Notes under the pieces: model-generated
What the model was told of the DNA's origin: nothing
The model's database searches: none
The model's input: the letters and a program-made list of their open reading frames with translations, nothing else
Source of the DNA: Macrostomum lignano
Taxonomy: Eukaryota
Direction of reading: 5' to 3'
Length of the DNA stretch: 64,000 nt
Assembly: GCA_002269645.1 (NCBI GenBank)
Contig: NIVC01002036.1
Location: 1-64,000 of the forward strand
In this document: positions 10,623 to 21,417 of the stretch, in pieces
Layout of the letters: each line of letters opens with the position of its first letter
How positions within the stretch are numbered: the stretch's first letter is position 1
Program-made: the position numbers and the translations under genes

Positions 10623-13598
10623 CTAGCAATCTTCGCCCCCGTTGGGGGACATCTGGATAGAATCTCTGTTCTCTACAAGTAACAAAAAGATAGCCAAAAA
10701 AGCCTTCACAAAGACGACAGACAAACTGCTCAAATAAAGTGTAATGCAAAAAGAAATCATCCCAAGACAGCAAGCATCCCCCAAATAGCAAGCATCCCCC
10801 AGATTGCAAGCATCCCCCAGATAGCAAGCATCCCCCAGATAGCAAGCATCCCCAAATAGTAAGCATCCACCATACAATAAGTACCCGGTAGCTAGTGCTA
10901 CAATTTCCTTAGCTCTATAGTGGCTCCTTTAACATTGGCATGACGCTTACTTTTACGTTTGAAATTGTGTAAATTTTATGTTTGACATGGTGGCTCCTAA
11001 ATGTTTGACATGGTGGCTCTTTTATGTTCGACATGGTGGCTCTTTAATGTTCGACATGGTGGCTCTTTAATGTTAGACATGGTGGCTCTTTAATGTTCGA
11101 CATGGTGGCTCTATAATGTTAGACATGGTGGCTCTTTAATGTTAGACACGGTGGCTCTTTAATGTTCGACATGGTGGCTCTTTAATGTTCGACATGGTGG
11201 CTGTTTAATGTTAGACATGATGGCTCTTTAATGTTTGACATTGCGGCTCTTTAATATTTGACATGGTGGCTCTTTTATGTTGGACATGGTGGTTCTTTTA
11301 TGTTCTACATGGTGGCTCTTTTATGCTTGACATGGTGGCTCTTTAATGTTTGACATGATGGCTCTTTTATGTTCGACATGGTGGCTCTTCTATGCTTGAC
11401 ATGGTGGCTCTTTACTGTTTGACATGGAGTCACATATATGTTTGACATGGTGGCTCTTTTATGTTTGACAAGGTGGCTCTTTAATGTTTTACGAGGTGGC
11501 TCTTTAATGTTCTTCATGGTAGCTCTTTTATGTTAGACATGATGGCTTTTTAATTTTCGACATGGTAGCACTTTAATGTTAGACATGGTGGCTCTTAAAT
11601 GTTTGACGTGGTGGCTCTTTTATGTTCGACATGGTGGCTCTTTAATGTTCGACATGGTGGCTTTTTAATGTTAGACATGGTGGCTCTTTAATGTTAGACA
11701 TGGTGGCTCTTTAATATTCGACATGGTGGCTCTTTAATGTTAGACATGGTGGCTCTTTAATATTCGACATGGTGGCTCTATAATGTTAGACATAGTGGCT
11801 CTTTAATGTTCGACATGGTGGCTCTATAATGTTAGACATGGTGGCTCTTTAATATTCGACATGGTGGCTCTTTAATGTTTGACATTGAGGCTCTTTAATG
11901 TTTGACATGGTGGCTCTTTTATGTTGGACATGGTGGTTCTTTTATGTTCGACATGGTGGCTCTTTTATGTTTGACATGGTGGCTCCTTACTGTTTGACCT
12001 GGATTCACATATATGTTTGACATGGTGGCTCTTTTATGTTCGACATGGTGGCTCTTTTATGCTTGACATGGTGGCTCTTTACTGATTGACATGGAGTCAC
12101 ATATATGTTTGACATGGTGGCTCTTTTATGTTTGACATGGTGGCTCTTTTATGTTTGACATGGTGGCTCTTTTATGTTTGACATGGTGGCTCTTTAATGT
12201 TAGACATAGTGGCTCTTTAATGTTCGACATGGTGGCTCTTTAATGTTAGACATGGTGGCTCTTTAATATTCGACATGGTGGCTCTTTAATGTTAGACATA
12301 GTGGCTCTTTAATGTTCGACATGGTGGCTCTATAATGTTAGACATGGTGGCTCTTTAATATTCGACATGGTGGCTCTTTAATGTTTGACATTGAGGCTCT
12401 TTAATGTTTGACATGGTGGCTCTTTTATGTTGGACATGGTGGTTCTTTTATGTTCGACATGGTGGCTCTTTTATGTTTGACATGGTGGCTCTTTACTGTT
12501 TGACCTGGATTCACATATATGTTTGACATGGTGGCTCTTTTATGTTTGACATGGTGGCTTTTTTATGTTTTACATGGTGGCTCTTTAATGTTAGACATGG
12601 TGGCTCTTTAATATTCGACATGGTGGCTCTTTAATGTTTGACATTGAGGCTCTTTAATGTTTGACATGGTGGCTCTTTTATGTTGGACATGGTGGTTCTT
12701 TTATGTTCGACATGGTGGCTCTTTTATGTTTGACATGGTGGCTCTTTACTGTTTGACCTGGATTCACATATATGTTTGACATGGTGGCTCTTTTATGTTT
12801 GACATGGTGGCTTTTTTATGTTTTACATGGTGGCTCTTTAATGTTAGACATGGTGGCTCTTTAATGTTCGACATGGTGGCTCTTTAATGTTCGACATGGT
12901 GGCTCTTTAATGGTCGACATGATGGCTCTTTAATGTTCGACATGGTGGCTCTTTAATGTTTGACATGGTGGCTCTTTAATGTTTGACATTGTGCTTTTTT
13001 GTGTTTAGCATTTGTGTTTTTAAGGTTTTTGAATAAAAAAATCTTTTTGCACTACTAAGATTCGAACCCAGGTCGCTGCATTAGCATTCCAGTCTGTTCG
13101 CATCTATGCTATCTCTTGTCAATTGGAATACGTGAATTGTGGCCCTTATAATTAAATTCTTATAGCAAATCGGTTAGAGTAAAAAGTTATGACATAATCA
13201 ATTTCTCAGTCAGCCAATATCAGTGTCAATTTAAGTTGGCAATATTGTTACGCAATTTAAATCAAGTTTTGTGTGCATTTGTTCGGCACTGTTTTCAACT
13301 GGTTGTGATGTAATCTTTATCACAATTGGAATTCAGTCAGTCAGTTTTTTCTCTAGCATTCTTACAATGCATTTCAGGTCGAAAGAGCTGCTTGACCTTT
13401 GCAAAAAAGCATGTTTTTCGAATATTTAATCCCTTTAATATTGAGCAATTTCTTAGCCAAGATGCATGTACCGTCCCAGGAAAATTTCTGATCGAATGGT
13501 GCAAGTTTGAAGAAAATCGGTTGAGCCATTTTTTCTGAAATCTATCGCATACCTACCTACCTACCTACCCACAGACAACTCATTTTTAGTATATAGGA
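10623..13598 (-). mobile_element. Non-autonomous Helitron
   Basis: Minus strand begins A|TCCTATATACTAAAAATGAG, then (GGTA)n, then AACCGATTTTCTTCAAACTTG (Lep1/HINE-type 5' module). It ends CCCCC-AAC-GGGGG hairpin (10648-10636), CGAAGATTG, CTAG|T. Insertion between A and T. The hairpin stem is only 5 bp. Confidence 0.72.
10975..12990. repeat. 23-bp minisatellite (GACATGGTGGCTCTTTAATGTTC), ~85 copies, inside the Helitron
   Basis: Period 23 (11041 to 11064). Confidence 0.95.
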
Positions 13599-14599
13599 TT
13601 CATATGACAATAAATATAAAGTAAATACACAACTGAACTAATATTAATTAATTTATTCATTAGGAAGGTTATTGGCTTCTTTTTCTTTTTCTATAGCTAG
13701 GCCTATACATTTCATAATATTGGCCTACAACAATTATTAGATTGTTAGACAAGAAGCATAAAATATAATAGGGTCTAAAATAGCTAGCCTATTTTAGACC
13801 ATATACATTTTATAGACTAATAATTTAGTAGGCCTACTCTTAATAGCTATAGGCCTATTACTAAAATAAAATAACATAGCTAGCTACCTATCATAGGCCT
13901 AAAATTGACAAGGCCTTTTGTGTTTCTTTTCATGGTACAAGTATAGAGTGATATTAAAATAAAGAATACAACTAAGAGCTAAAAAATTATACTAAATACC
14001 TGGCAATAAAGAAGAAAAACAAAGTAGATTAAAGCAGAATGCAGTACAAAATGGCCCACATATTGATAAGAAGGCCAATATAAGGCCAATAACTGGGTGA
14101 GCCAAGGCCACCTAGCTAGCTAGCCATCAAGCTTTTACTTTTTTTTAAGCCAATTAATATCTGCCTGCAACAGGACCATTTCATCCTTATTGTCATTGTC
14201 AAGAGGTCCAAGTAGCTAGTTTATTTTACAATCATTAACCTCCTAATTAAATTTCATTCAGTCATGTCATACATGGCTTTTTGTGCAAGCTAGGGCGACA
14301 CATTTCCAAAGTTTTCGACTCTAGACACAAACTGCTTTATTAGTCTAGGTCTTGAATTCATACATACTAACACAATGCCCTATAGGCTATACTAATTAAA
14401 TATGTCGAGCCATTATAATATTGGTTGTGCGTAGGCTTTTGAATTGCGCGCCATAACTGCCCAATACAAGTATATACAGTCCGCTTTTAATCAGAAGGAA
14501 AGCATGTTATGCTGGCAGTCGACATGCCATCTACCCTATCTAATCGTAGAAAACGTTTACCTTTTCTACCGATTAAATCCATGCTGGTCGGGTGAACAA

Positions 14600-14980
14600 T
14601 GGGTCTCACTAAAACACGCCCCGCACCGCCCTGCAGCGCTACACATTAAAACAAATTGGACTATAACTGAAGACACTTCAAAATGCGTTTTCTGTTAAGC
14701 TTCAAAGTTTTTATTAAATTAAGTTTTTTACTATAAAATATAAAATTCGGTGAATAAGAAGTGATATTATTAATAATATTAATAAAAAAATAATAATATA
14801 ATTTAATAATGAAAACGAGAATATAAAAAATAATAACAATATTTATAATAATAATTAAAGATATTTATTCCATTACTCGTACAACAAATAGTTTTCTTTG
14901 CAATCAAATACTGCATTGACAAAAAATGTTATAATGTGTAGCGGTTCGGGGCGGTGCGGTGCGTGTTTTAGGGAGACCCA
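14600..14980. mobile_element. MITE, 381 bp, ~49-bp imperfect TIRs
   Basis: TGGGTCTCACTAAAACACGC...CTACACATTA (14600-14648) vs TAATGTGTAG...GCGTGTTTTAGGGAGACCCA (14932-14980); AT-rich interior; no clear TSD. Confidence 0.75.
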
Positions 14981-17142
14981 GCAACAATTACTATATTTGA
15001 ACACGCCACACGGTCCCAATTCGCGTGTAATCGAAAAATTGACTAACACAAGCGATTAAGAAACGAACAGATCAAAAGAGTGAATGTGAATTTAATAGTT
15101 ACAGCCAAGAAGAGACAAAAATTTCATTTCTTCAGAGACAACTACGTCTACGACTATGAGTCTGAGATGAGTCTATGTCCCCTATGTCTGAGTTGAGTAG
15201 GGCCTAAGGCCTGGGTATGGGAATGGCGAATGGGTATGATCCATTTTCGTAGAAAACACACTAGCGGGATAAGTTTCAGGTAGCGCATGTATAGTAATAA
15301 GCTAGCAAACCCCTAGCTTAAAGCTGTAACGTAGTTGATAACAAGGCTAAGGCCTAAGGGTAGGGCTAGGCTACCAGGCAGACTAGGGATACCAAAAGTG
15401 CAGGAGGAACACAACTCAAAGACAATAGATAGGCCTAGTTACACAAAAACCATAAGATTATAATAGCAAAATGTAGTGAAAACTCAACTAGTCTAGCTAC
15501 ACTTAAATAGGAAACTTAAACTTGAGTTAGTTATGTAATATGTAACCTAAACTTTGTCCTATTTAATTTACCTTATAATTCTAGCTAGGCATAGACCTAC
15601 TATTGATCTTTGAATCTATCTATTAGAATAAGAAAGTGTTCTCTAGTAGACATATTTTAATCATATTAGATGTATTAAACTATGTTAGATAATCAATGCT
15701 AATGTTTTGATATTAACTTATAGATGATTTTTAATTTTATGAAGCCTTGGGCTGCCTTGTAATTATTAATAAAAGTAACCTAGATTTTTATATAAAGGAT
15801 TTAGTAGGCCTAATATTATTTTTTGTAAAAACTGAATAAGGCTAGGCCTAAAGACTATCAATTGAACTAGTAAATGAAATAAGAATTAGAATATTTACTG
15901 AGACATTTGCAATAATATATTGAATTCAGTCTCTTTTTTCTAATGCAACCACAACCCTACCATGTATACTAGAAGGCCGGGAAAGCCTAGGGGGAATGCC
16001 AAGTATACATTTGATAGTGCTATAGAAAACAGAAGTGTAGACAAGCATATAACTAATTATAATATCATTATTAAAACTTTATTAGTACTAGACCTATGGT
16101 CTAATACTAGGTCTAATAATTGGTTTTAAATAGGCTAAGCTAGCTATTATTAGGCCTATATCTCTAAGTTTAAAAATCTCTTTTAACAAAGTTTTAGGCT
16201 TTTAAACTAGTCTAATGACCAGTCCCTATTGTAGCCAATGACCAGTATTATAAATCATGTTTAGCATGCTAGTATAGGTTGACCTTTGGCCATTTGGGTA
16301 TATTCTGGCATATTAGTGTAATCTAGTATACTTGTAAAAAAGGGGATATATATATATAATATAGTTCAAACCTTGGTTGCAATATAGTTTAAAGTCTTAG
16401 GTCATTAAGTAGGCCCTATATGCCTTTGGCCTTAGTTTTTTTCATAATATAGGCAAGGTATATATTATACTATTATGATATTATCAGTTTAGACATTGTA
16501 GATTCTAATAAAATTATTTTAAAATTAATATAAAATAAGCTAGTTATACTTATACATCTTTTGATACAATATATAAGGTTTATAAAAATGTTTTATATAT
16601 TATCTAACAATTAATATCATTATTTGTTATAGTTTCAATTCATAGGCCTATCTTGTTATAGGTCTAATTTACTATCTCTATAGAGTCTATGCTAAAATTT
16701 AAGCCTTAGGTCTATATAGATTCTTTGATATATAGCCTAAAAAAGTCATGTGGGCTAAGTTTTCTTATTCTTGGCTATGACTCAATAACTCAATGGCTAT
16801 TAGCATGCTCTGCTTCCTGCTACAAAGCTCATTGATATTGTCTAAGTCTTTCCTATTGCAAGTGAAAACCATTAACAATTAGTCTTATAAAAAAAGCATG
16901 AGTTTGCTAGTGCTTGCCACATTATATTAAAGATCTCAGTTGACAGGCACTCATGCAGGACATTAGACTTGATTATTTTGACAACTTGACAAAGTCAGCC
17001 ATGGGTAGTGCAAGTACAAGAAAGTGTTCATTATGCAGGCTCAAAATCATTTTAAGATGCAAAACAGAAGCAATAAGCTGTTTGTATATGGTATTGTCTA
17101 TGGTAAAGCCTACATTTTGACATTTGTCATTGTCAGCATGCT

Positions 17143-17718
17143 TTCAACACAGAAGCCACAGAATATAACCAAGCTGCCTCAACACAGAACACAGAAGCCA
17201 CAGAATATAACCAAGCTGCCTCAACACAGAAAACAGAAGCCACAGAATTTAACCAAGCTGCCTCAACACAGAACACAGAAGCCACAGAATTTAACCAAGC
17301 TGCCTCAACACAGAACACAGAAGCCACAGAATATAACCAAGCTGCCTCAACACAGAACACAGAAGCCACAGAATTTAACCAAGCTGCCTTAACACACAGA
17401 ACACAGAAGCCACAGAATATAACCAAGCTGCCTTAACACACAGAACACAGAAGCCACAGAATTTAACCAAGCTGCCTCAACACAGAACACAGAAGCCACA
17501 GAATATAACCAAGCTGCCTTAACACACAGAACACAGAAGCCACAGAATATAACCAAGCTGCCTTAACACACAGAACACAGAAGCCACAGAATATAACCAA
17601 GCTGCCTCAACACACAGAAGCCACAGAATATAACCAAGCTGCCTCAACACAGAACACAGAAGCCACAGAATATAACCAAGCTGCCTCAACACACAGAACA
17701 CAGAAGCCACAGAATATA
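17143..17718. repeat. ~42-bp minisatellite (ACACAGAAGCCACAGAATATAACCAAGCTGCCTCAACACAGA)
   Basis: Period of 14 codons in the repeat ORF. Confidence 0.92.
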
Positions 17719-17943
17719 AAAAAATCATTAAACAATAACTGTTGATATTTTAAATGGCCACTCAGTGGTATCAACATTTTTCTACTTAATCACATGAAAT
17801 AAAACCATTGTCACTTGCTCTCACTTTATTTTAAATGTTTCAGTTGAACCCTGAGATTTTCGGTTGGGCCAGAGCAGGCAGCAGCACAGGACAGAGAACA
17901 CAGCTACAGTGCGGCAACACCTGACACTAACTAGCAGTGCGGC

Positions 17944-20262
17944 ATGCAGTGCAAACTAGCGGTGCAGCTGCACAGCAGCGATTCTCTGCTCATGTTGAAA
18001 CGCCAGCTGCATCAGCGGGCCCCAGCCTCCGCCCAGGCCTCGCTGATGTCGCTGCCCTGTCTGCTGTACGGCCAGATCCCCCTGTCTGACGAGGTCCGCC
18101 TGGCCAGCCTGATGATCCGCCAGAGCCACGCCGCTGTGGTCACCGCCGAAATTGGCGATCGCTGCATCAGCATCACCCGCATCAGCGGAGTCCGCTACCT
18201 GCACAACCAGCCCTGGCAGCCGGACGCCCAGTTCCACGCCCTCATGCGCCTGCACGGCATGTCCGCCGACCCCTGCAGCTGGACCCGGCCGCAGCTCCGA
18301 CTGTGGGTCCACTGGGCAGCCAGGAAATTCCGCCGGCCGGAGCTTCGCCAGCCGGCCTGGGAGTCGCTGACTGGCCAAGAATTGGCCGCGCTAACGCCGG
18401 TCGAGTTCAGCCAGTTGTGTCCGAGCGACGCTGACGGTGGCGAACTGTGGACACATTTGAAGCTGCTTCGCCGATTGCACATGGTGGCCGTGCCGCAGCA
18501 GCCGGGCCGGCAGCGGCAGCAACAGAATGAGGCCAAGCTGCACCGCCATCCCCTGCCTGTAGCAGCCACCGCCACCGCTGTTGTGGTGGTCAGCGCCTCC
18601 GGCAGTCAGCCGATTTCGCCCACGACGCCGGTGCAGCTGCAGCAGATGCCTCTGGCGGTCCCGGCTGAGAAACCGCTGGCCAACCCGCCCCAGCCGACTT
18701 CGCTGCTGGGCAAAATGCGAATCAGTCGCAGCATCAAGGGCCAGCCTCAGGTAATCTATTTGATTGCAAATTCCGATTTGCGACATTTTATGGACTGTTC
18801 TGGTTTCTTAGGCTTGAGATTCCGGGTTCTGGTGTCTTACGGAGTGAGATTTCTGGTTCTGGTGTCTTATGGGGTGAGATTTCTGGATCTGGTGTCTTAC
18901 GGGGTGAGATTTCTGGTTCTGGTGTCTTACGGAGTGAGATTTCTGCATCTGGTGTCTTACGGGGTGAGATTTCTGGTTCTGGTGTCTTACGGAGTGAGAT
19001 TTCTGGTTCTGGTGTCTTACGGAGTGAGATTTCTGCATCTGGTGTCTTACGGGGTGAGATTTCTGGTTCTGGTGTCTTACGGAGTGAGATTTCTGGATCT
19101 GGTGTCTTACGGAGTGAGATTTCTGGATCTGGTGTCTTACGGGGTGAGATTTCTGGTTCTAGTGTCTTACAGGGTGAGATTTCTGGTTCTGGTGTCTTAC
19201 GGAGTGAGATTTCTGGTTCTGGTGTCTTACGGAGTGAGATTTCTGGTTCTGGTGCGTCACTGGGTGAGATTCCGGGTTCTGGTGCGTCACTGGGTGAGAT
19301 TCCGGGTTCTGGTGCGTCACTGGGTGGGAATCCGGGTTCTGGTGCGTCACTGGGTGAGATTCCGGGTTCTGGTGCGTCACTGGGTGAGATTCCGGGTTCT
19401 GGTGCGTCACTGGGTGAGATTCCGGGTTCTGGTGCGTCACTGGGTAAGATTCCGGGTTCTGGTGCGTCACTGGGTGAGATTCCGGGTTCTGGTGCATCAC
19501 TGGGTGAGATTCCGGGTTCTGGTGCGTCACTAGGTGAGATTCCGGGTTCTGGTGCGTCACTGGGTGGGAATCCGGGTTCTGGTGCGTCACTGGGTGAGAT
19601 TCCGGGTTCTGGTGCGTCACTGGGTGAGATTCCGGGTTCTGGTGCGTCACTGGGTGGGAATCCGGGTTCTGGTGCGTCACTAGGTGAGATTCCGGGTTCT
19701 GGTGCGTCACTAGGTGAGATCGCTGTAGTGAAATTTTACTTTGTTTCACTGAGCTTTGCTGCCTATGGGTTGAGAATCTCTGTGAGACTCAGCCTCAATC
19801 CGCTCTGTCAATCCGCAGTCTGTGTCAACAACGCTGTCAGCCGCTGTGACCGGCAGCGGCGGAGCCTGCGAGCTGTGGAAATTCCTGTTGGACCTGCTCA
19901 CCGACTGCCGCTACCGTCGCGTAGTTCGCTGGAGCTCCGCGGACGACGGCACCTTCTCGGTGCTGAACCCGTCGGCCCTGGCCTCCGTGTGGGGCCGCAG
20001 GCGCGGCAATCCGCGCATGACTTTCGCCAAGATTTCGCGGGCCCTTCGGCACTACCAGCGGGGCGGCATGCTGCATAAAGAGCCAGCTAGCGAGAACGGG
20101 CAGCGCTATGTCTACCGGTTCCTGTGCGACATGCCGCGCCTCCTGGGCTACTCGGTTGCGGAGCTGCGTCGCCTGGTTGACGCCCAGGCGGCCGAAACTG
20201 CGCCTGCAGAATTTGATGGAGCTGACGGTATTGGCGAACTGCAGGAGCAGCAGGTCTTGTAG
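17944..20262 (+). CDS. GABPA: GABPA-like ETS transcription factor (OST-like N-terminus, PNT/SAM, ETS); exons 17944-18750 and 19819-20262; 416 aa
   Basis: PNT: DPCSWTRPQLRLWVHW...GELWTHLKLLRR. ETS: ELWKFLLDLLTD...WGRRRGNPRMTFAKISRALRHY. GABPA-type tail FLCDMPRLLGYSVAELRRLV. Phase-0 GT-AG intron; in-frame stop upstream of the ATG. Confidence 0.85.
18815..19720. repeat. 30-bp intronic minisatellite with two variant blocks
   Basis: GTGTCTTACGGAGTGAGATTTCTGGTTCTG to ~19250, then GTGCGTCACTGGGTGAGATTCCGGGTTCTG. Confidence 0.93.
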
Positions 20263-20449
20263 CGATGGACGCTTTCGCTGTCCTTTCTCCCGCTGTTGTA
20301 TTGCTGCTATCCGGTCTTTTGTTGGAGGCCAGTTCTCTCCAGCACGGGTCATATAGTCCGCAGCGGTCCTGTTTCTTTTGGTTGGCACTGCAGTATGTGC
20401 GATTGCTGTGGCTTGTGTGCATACATGGTTACTGAAGGAAGTTTGTTCG

Positions 20450-21417
20450 TGTGGAGTGGGGCACTGATAGAGTGGAGTGGGGCACTGATAGAGTGGAGTG
20501 AGGCACTGATAGAGTGGAGTGAGGCACTGATAGAGTGGAGTGAGGCAGTGGCAGTGAGTGAGGCGCTGATAGAGTGGAGTGAAGCACTGATAGAGTGGAG
20601 TGAGGCACTGATAGAGTGGAGTGAGGCACTGACAGTGAGTGAGGCACTGACAGTGAGTGAGGCACTAACAGTGAGTGAGGCACTGGTAGAGTGGAGTGAG
20701 GCACTGACAGTGAGTGAGGCACTGATAGAGTGGAGTGAGGCACTGACAGTGAGTGAGGCACTGACAGTGAGTGAGGCACTGACAGTGAGTGAGGCACTGA
20801 CAGTGAGTGAGGCACTGACAGTGAGTGAGGCACTGGTAGAGTGGAGTGAGGCACTGACAGTGAGTGAGGCACTGATAGAGTGGAGTGAGGCACTGATAGA
20901 GTGGAGTGAGGCACTGACAGTGAGTGAGGCACTGACAGTGAGTGAGGCACTAACAGTGAGTGAGGCACTGGTAGAGTGGAGTGAGGCACTGACAGTGAGT
21001 GAGGCACTGATAGAGTGGAGTGAGGCACTGACAGTGAGTGAGGCACTGACAGTGAGTGAGGCACTGACAGTGAGTGAGGCACTAACAGTGAGTGAGGCAC
21101 TGGTAGAGTGGAGTGAGGCACTGACAGTGAGTGAGGCACTGATAGAGTGGAGTGAGGCACTGATAGAGTGGAGTGAGGCACTGACAGTGAGTGAGGCACT
21201 GACAGTGAGTGAGGCACTGACAGTGAGTGAGGCACTGACAGTGAGTGAGGCACTGATAGAGTGGAGTGAGGCACTGATAGAGTGGAGTGAGGCACTGATA
21301 GAGTGGAGTGAGGAACTGATAGAGTGGAGTGAGGAACTGATAGAGTGGAGTGAGGCACTGATAGAGTGGAGTGAGGCACTGATAGAGTGGAGTGAGGCAC
21401 TGATAGAGTGGAGTGAT
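20450..21417. repeat. Compound 21-bp/18-bp minisatellite (GAGTGGAGTGAGGCACTGATA / GTGAGTGAGGCACTGACA)
   Basis: Direct inspection. Confidence 0.93.

Noticed and set aside
10880-10890. AGTACCCGGTA (also at 8242) as a mariner-like outer end of the giant inverted repeat
   Set aside because: It lies inside the Helitron, and an 11-bp match is expected by chance in an all-against-all comparison of ~10 kb.
10975-12990. Regular arrays here and at 46414-49335 as CRISPR
   Set aside because: No unique spacers, no cas genes, eukaryotic context.
18751-19533. C-terminal half of the 529-aa ORF (VSYGVRFL repeats)
   Set aside because: Read-through into an intron; the donor at 18751 joins in frame to the ETS exon.
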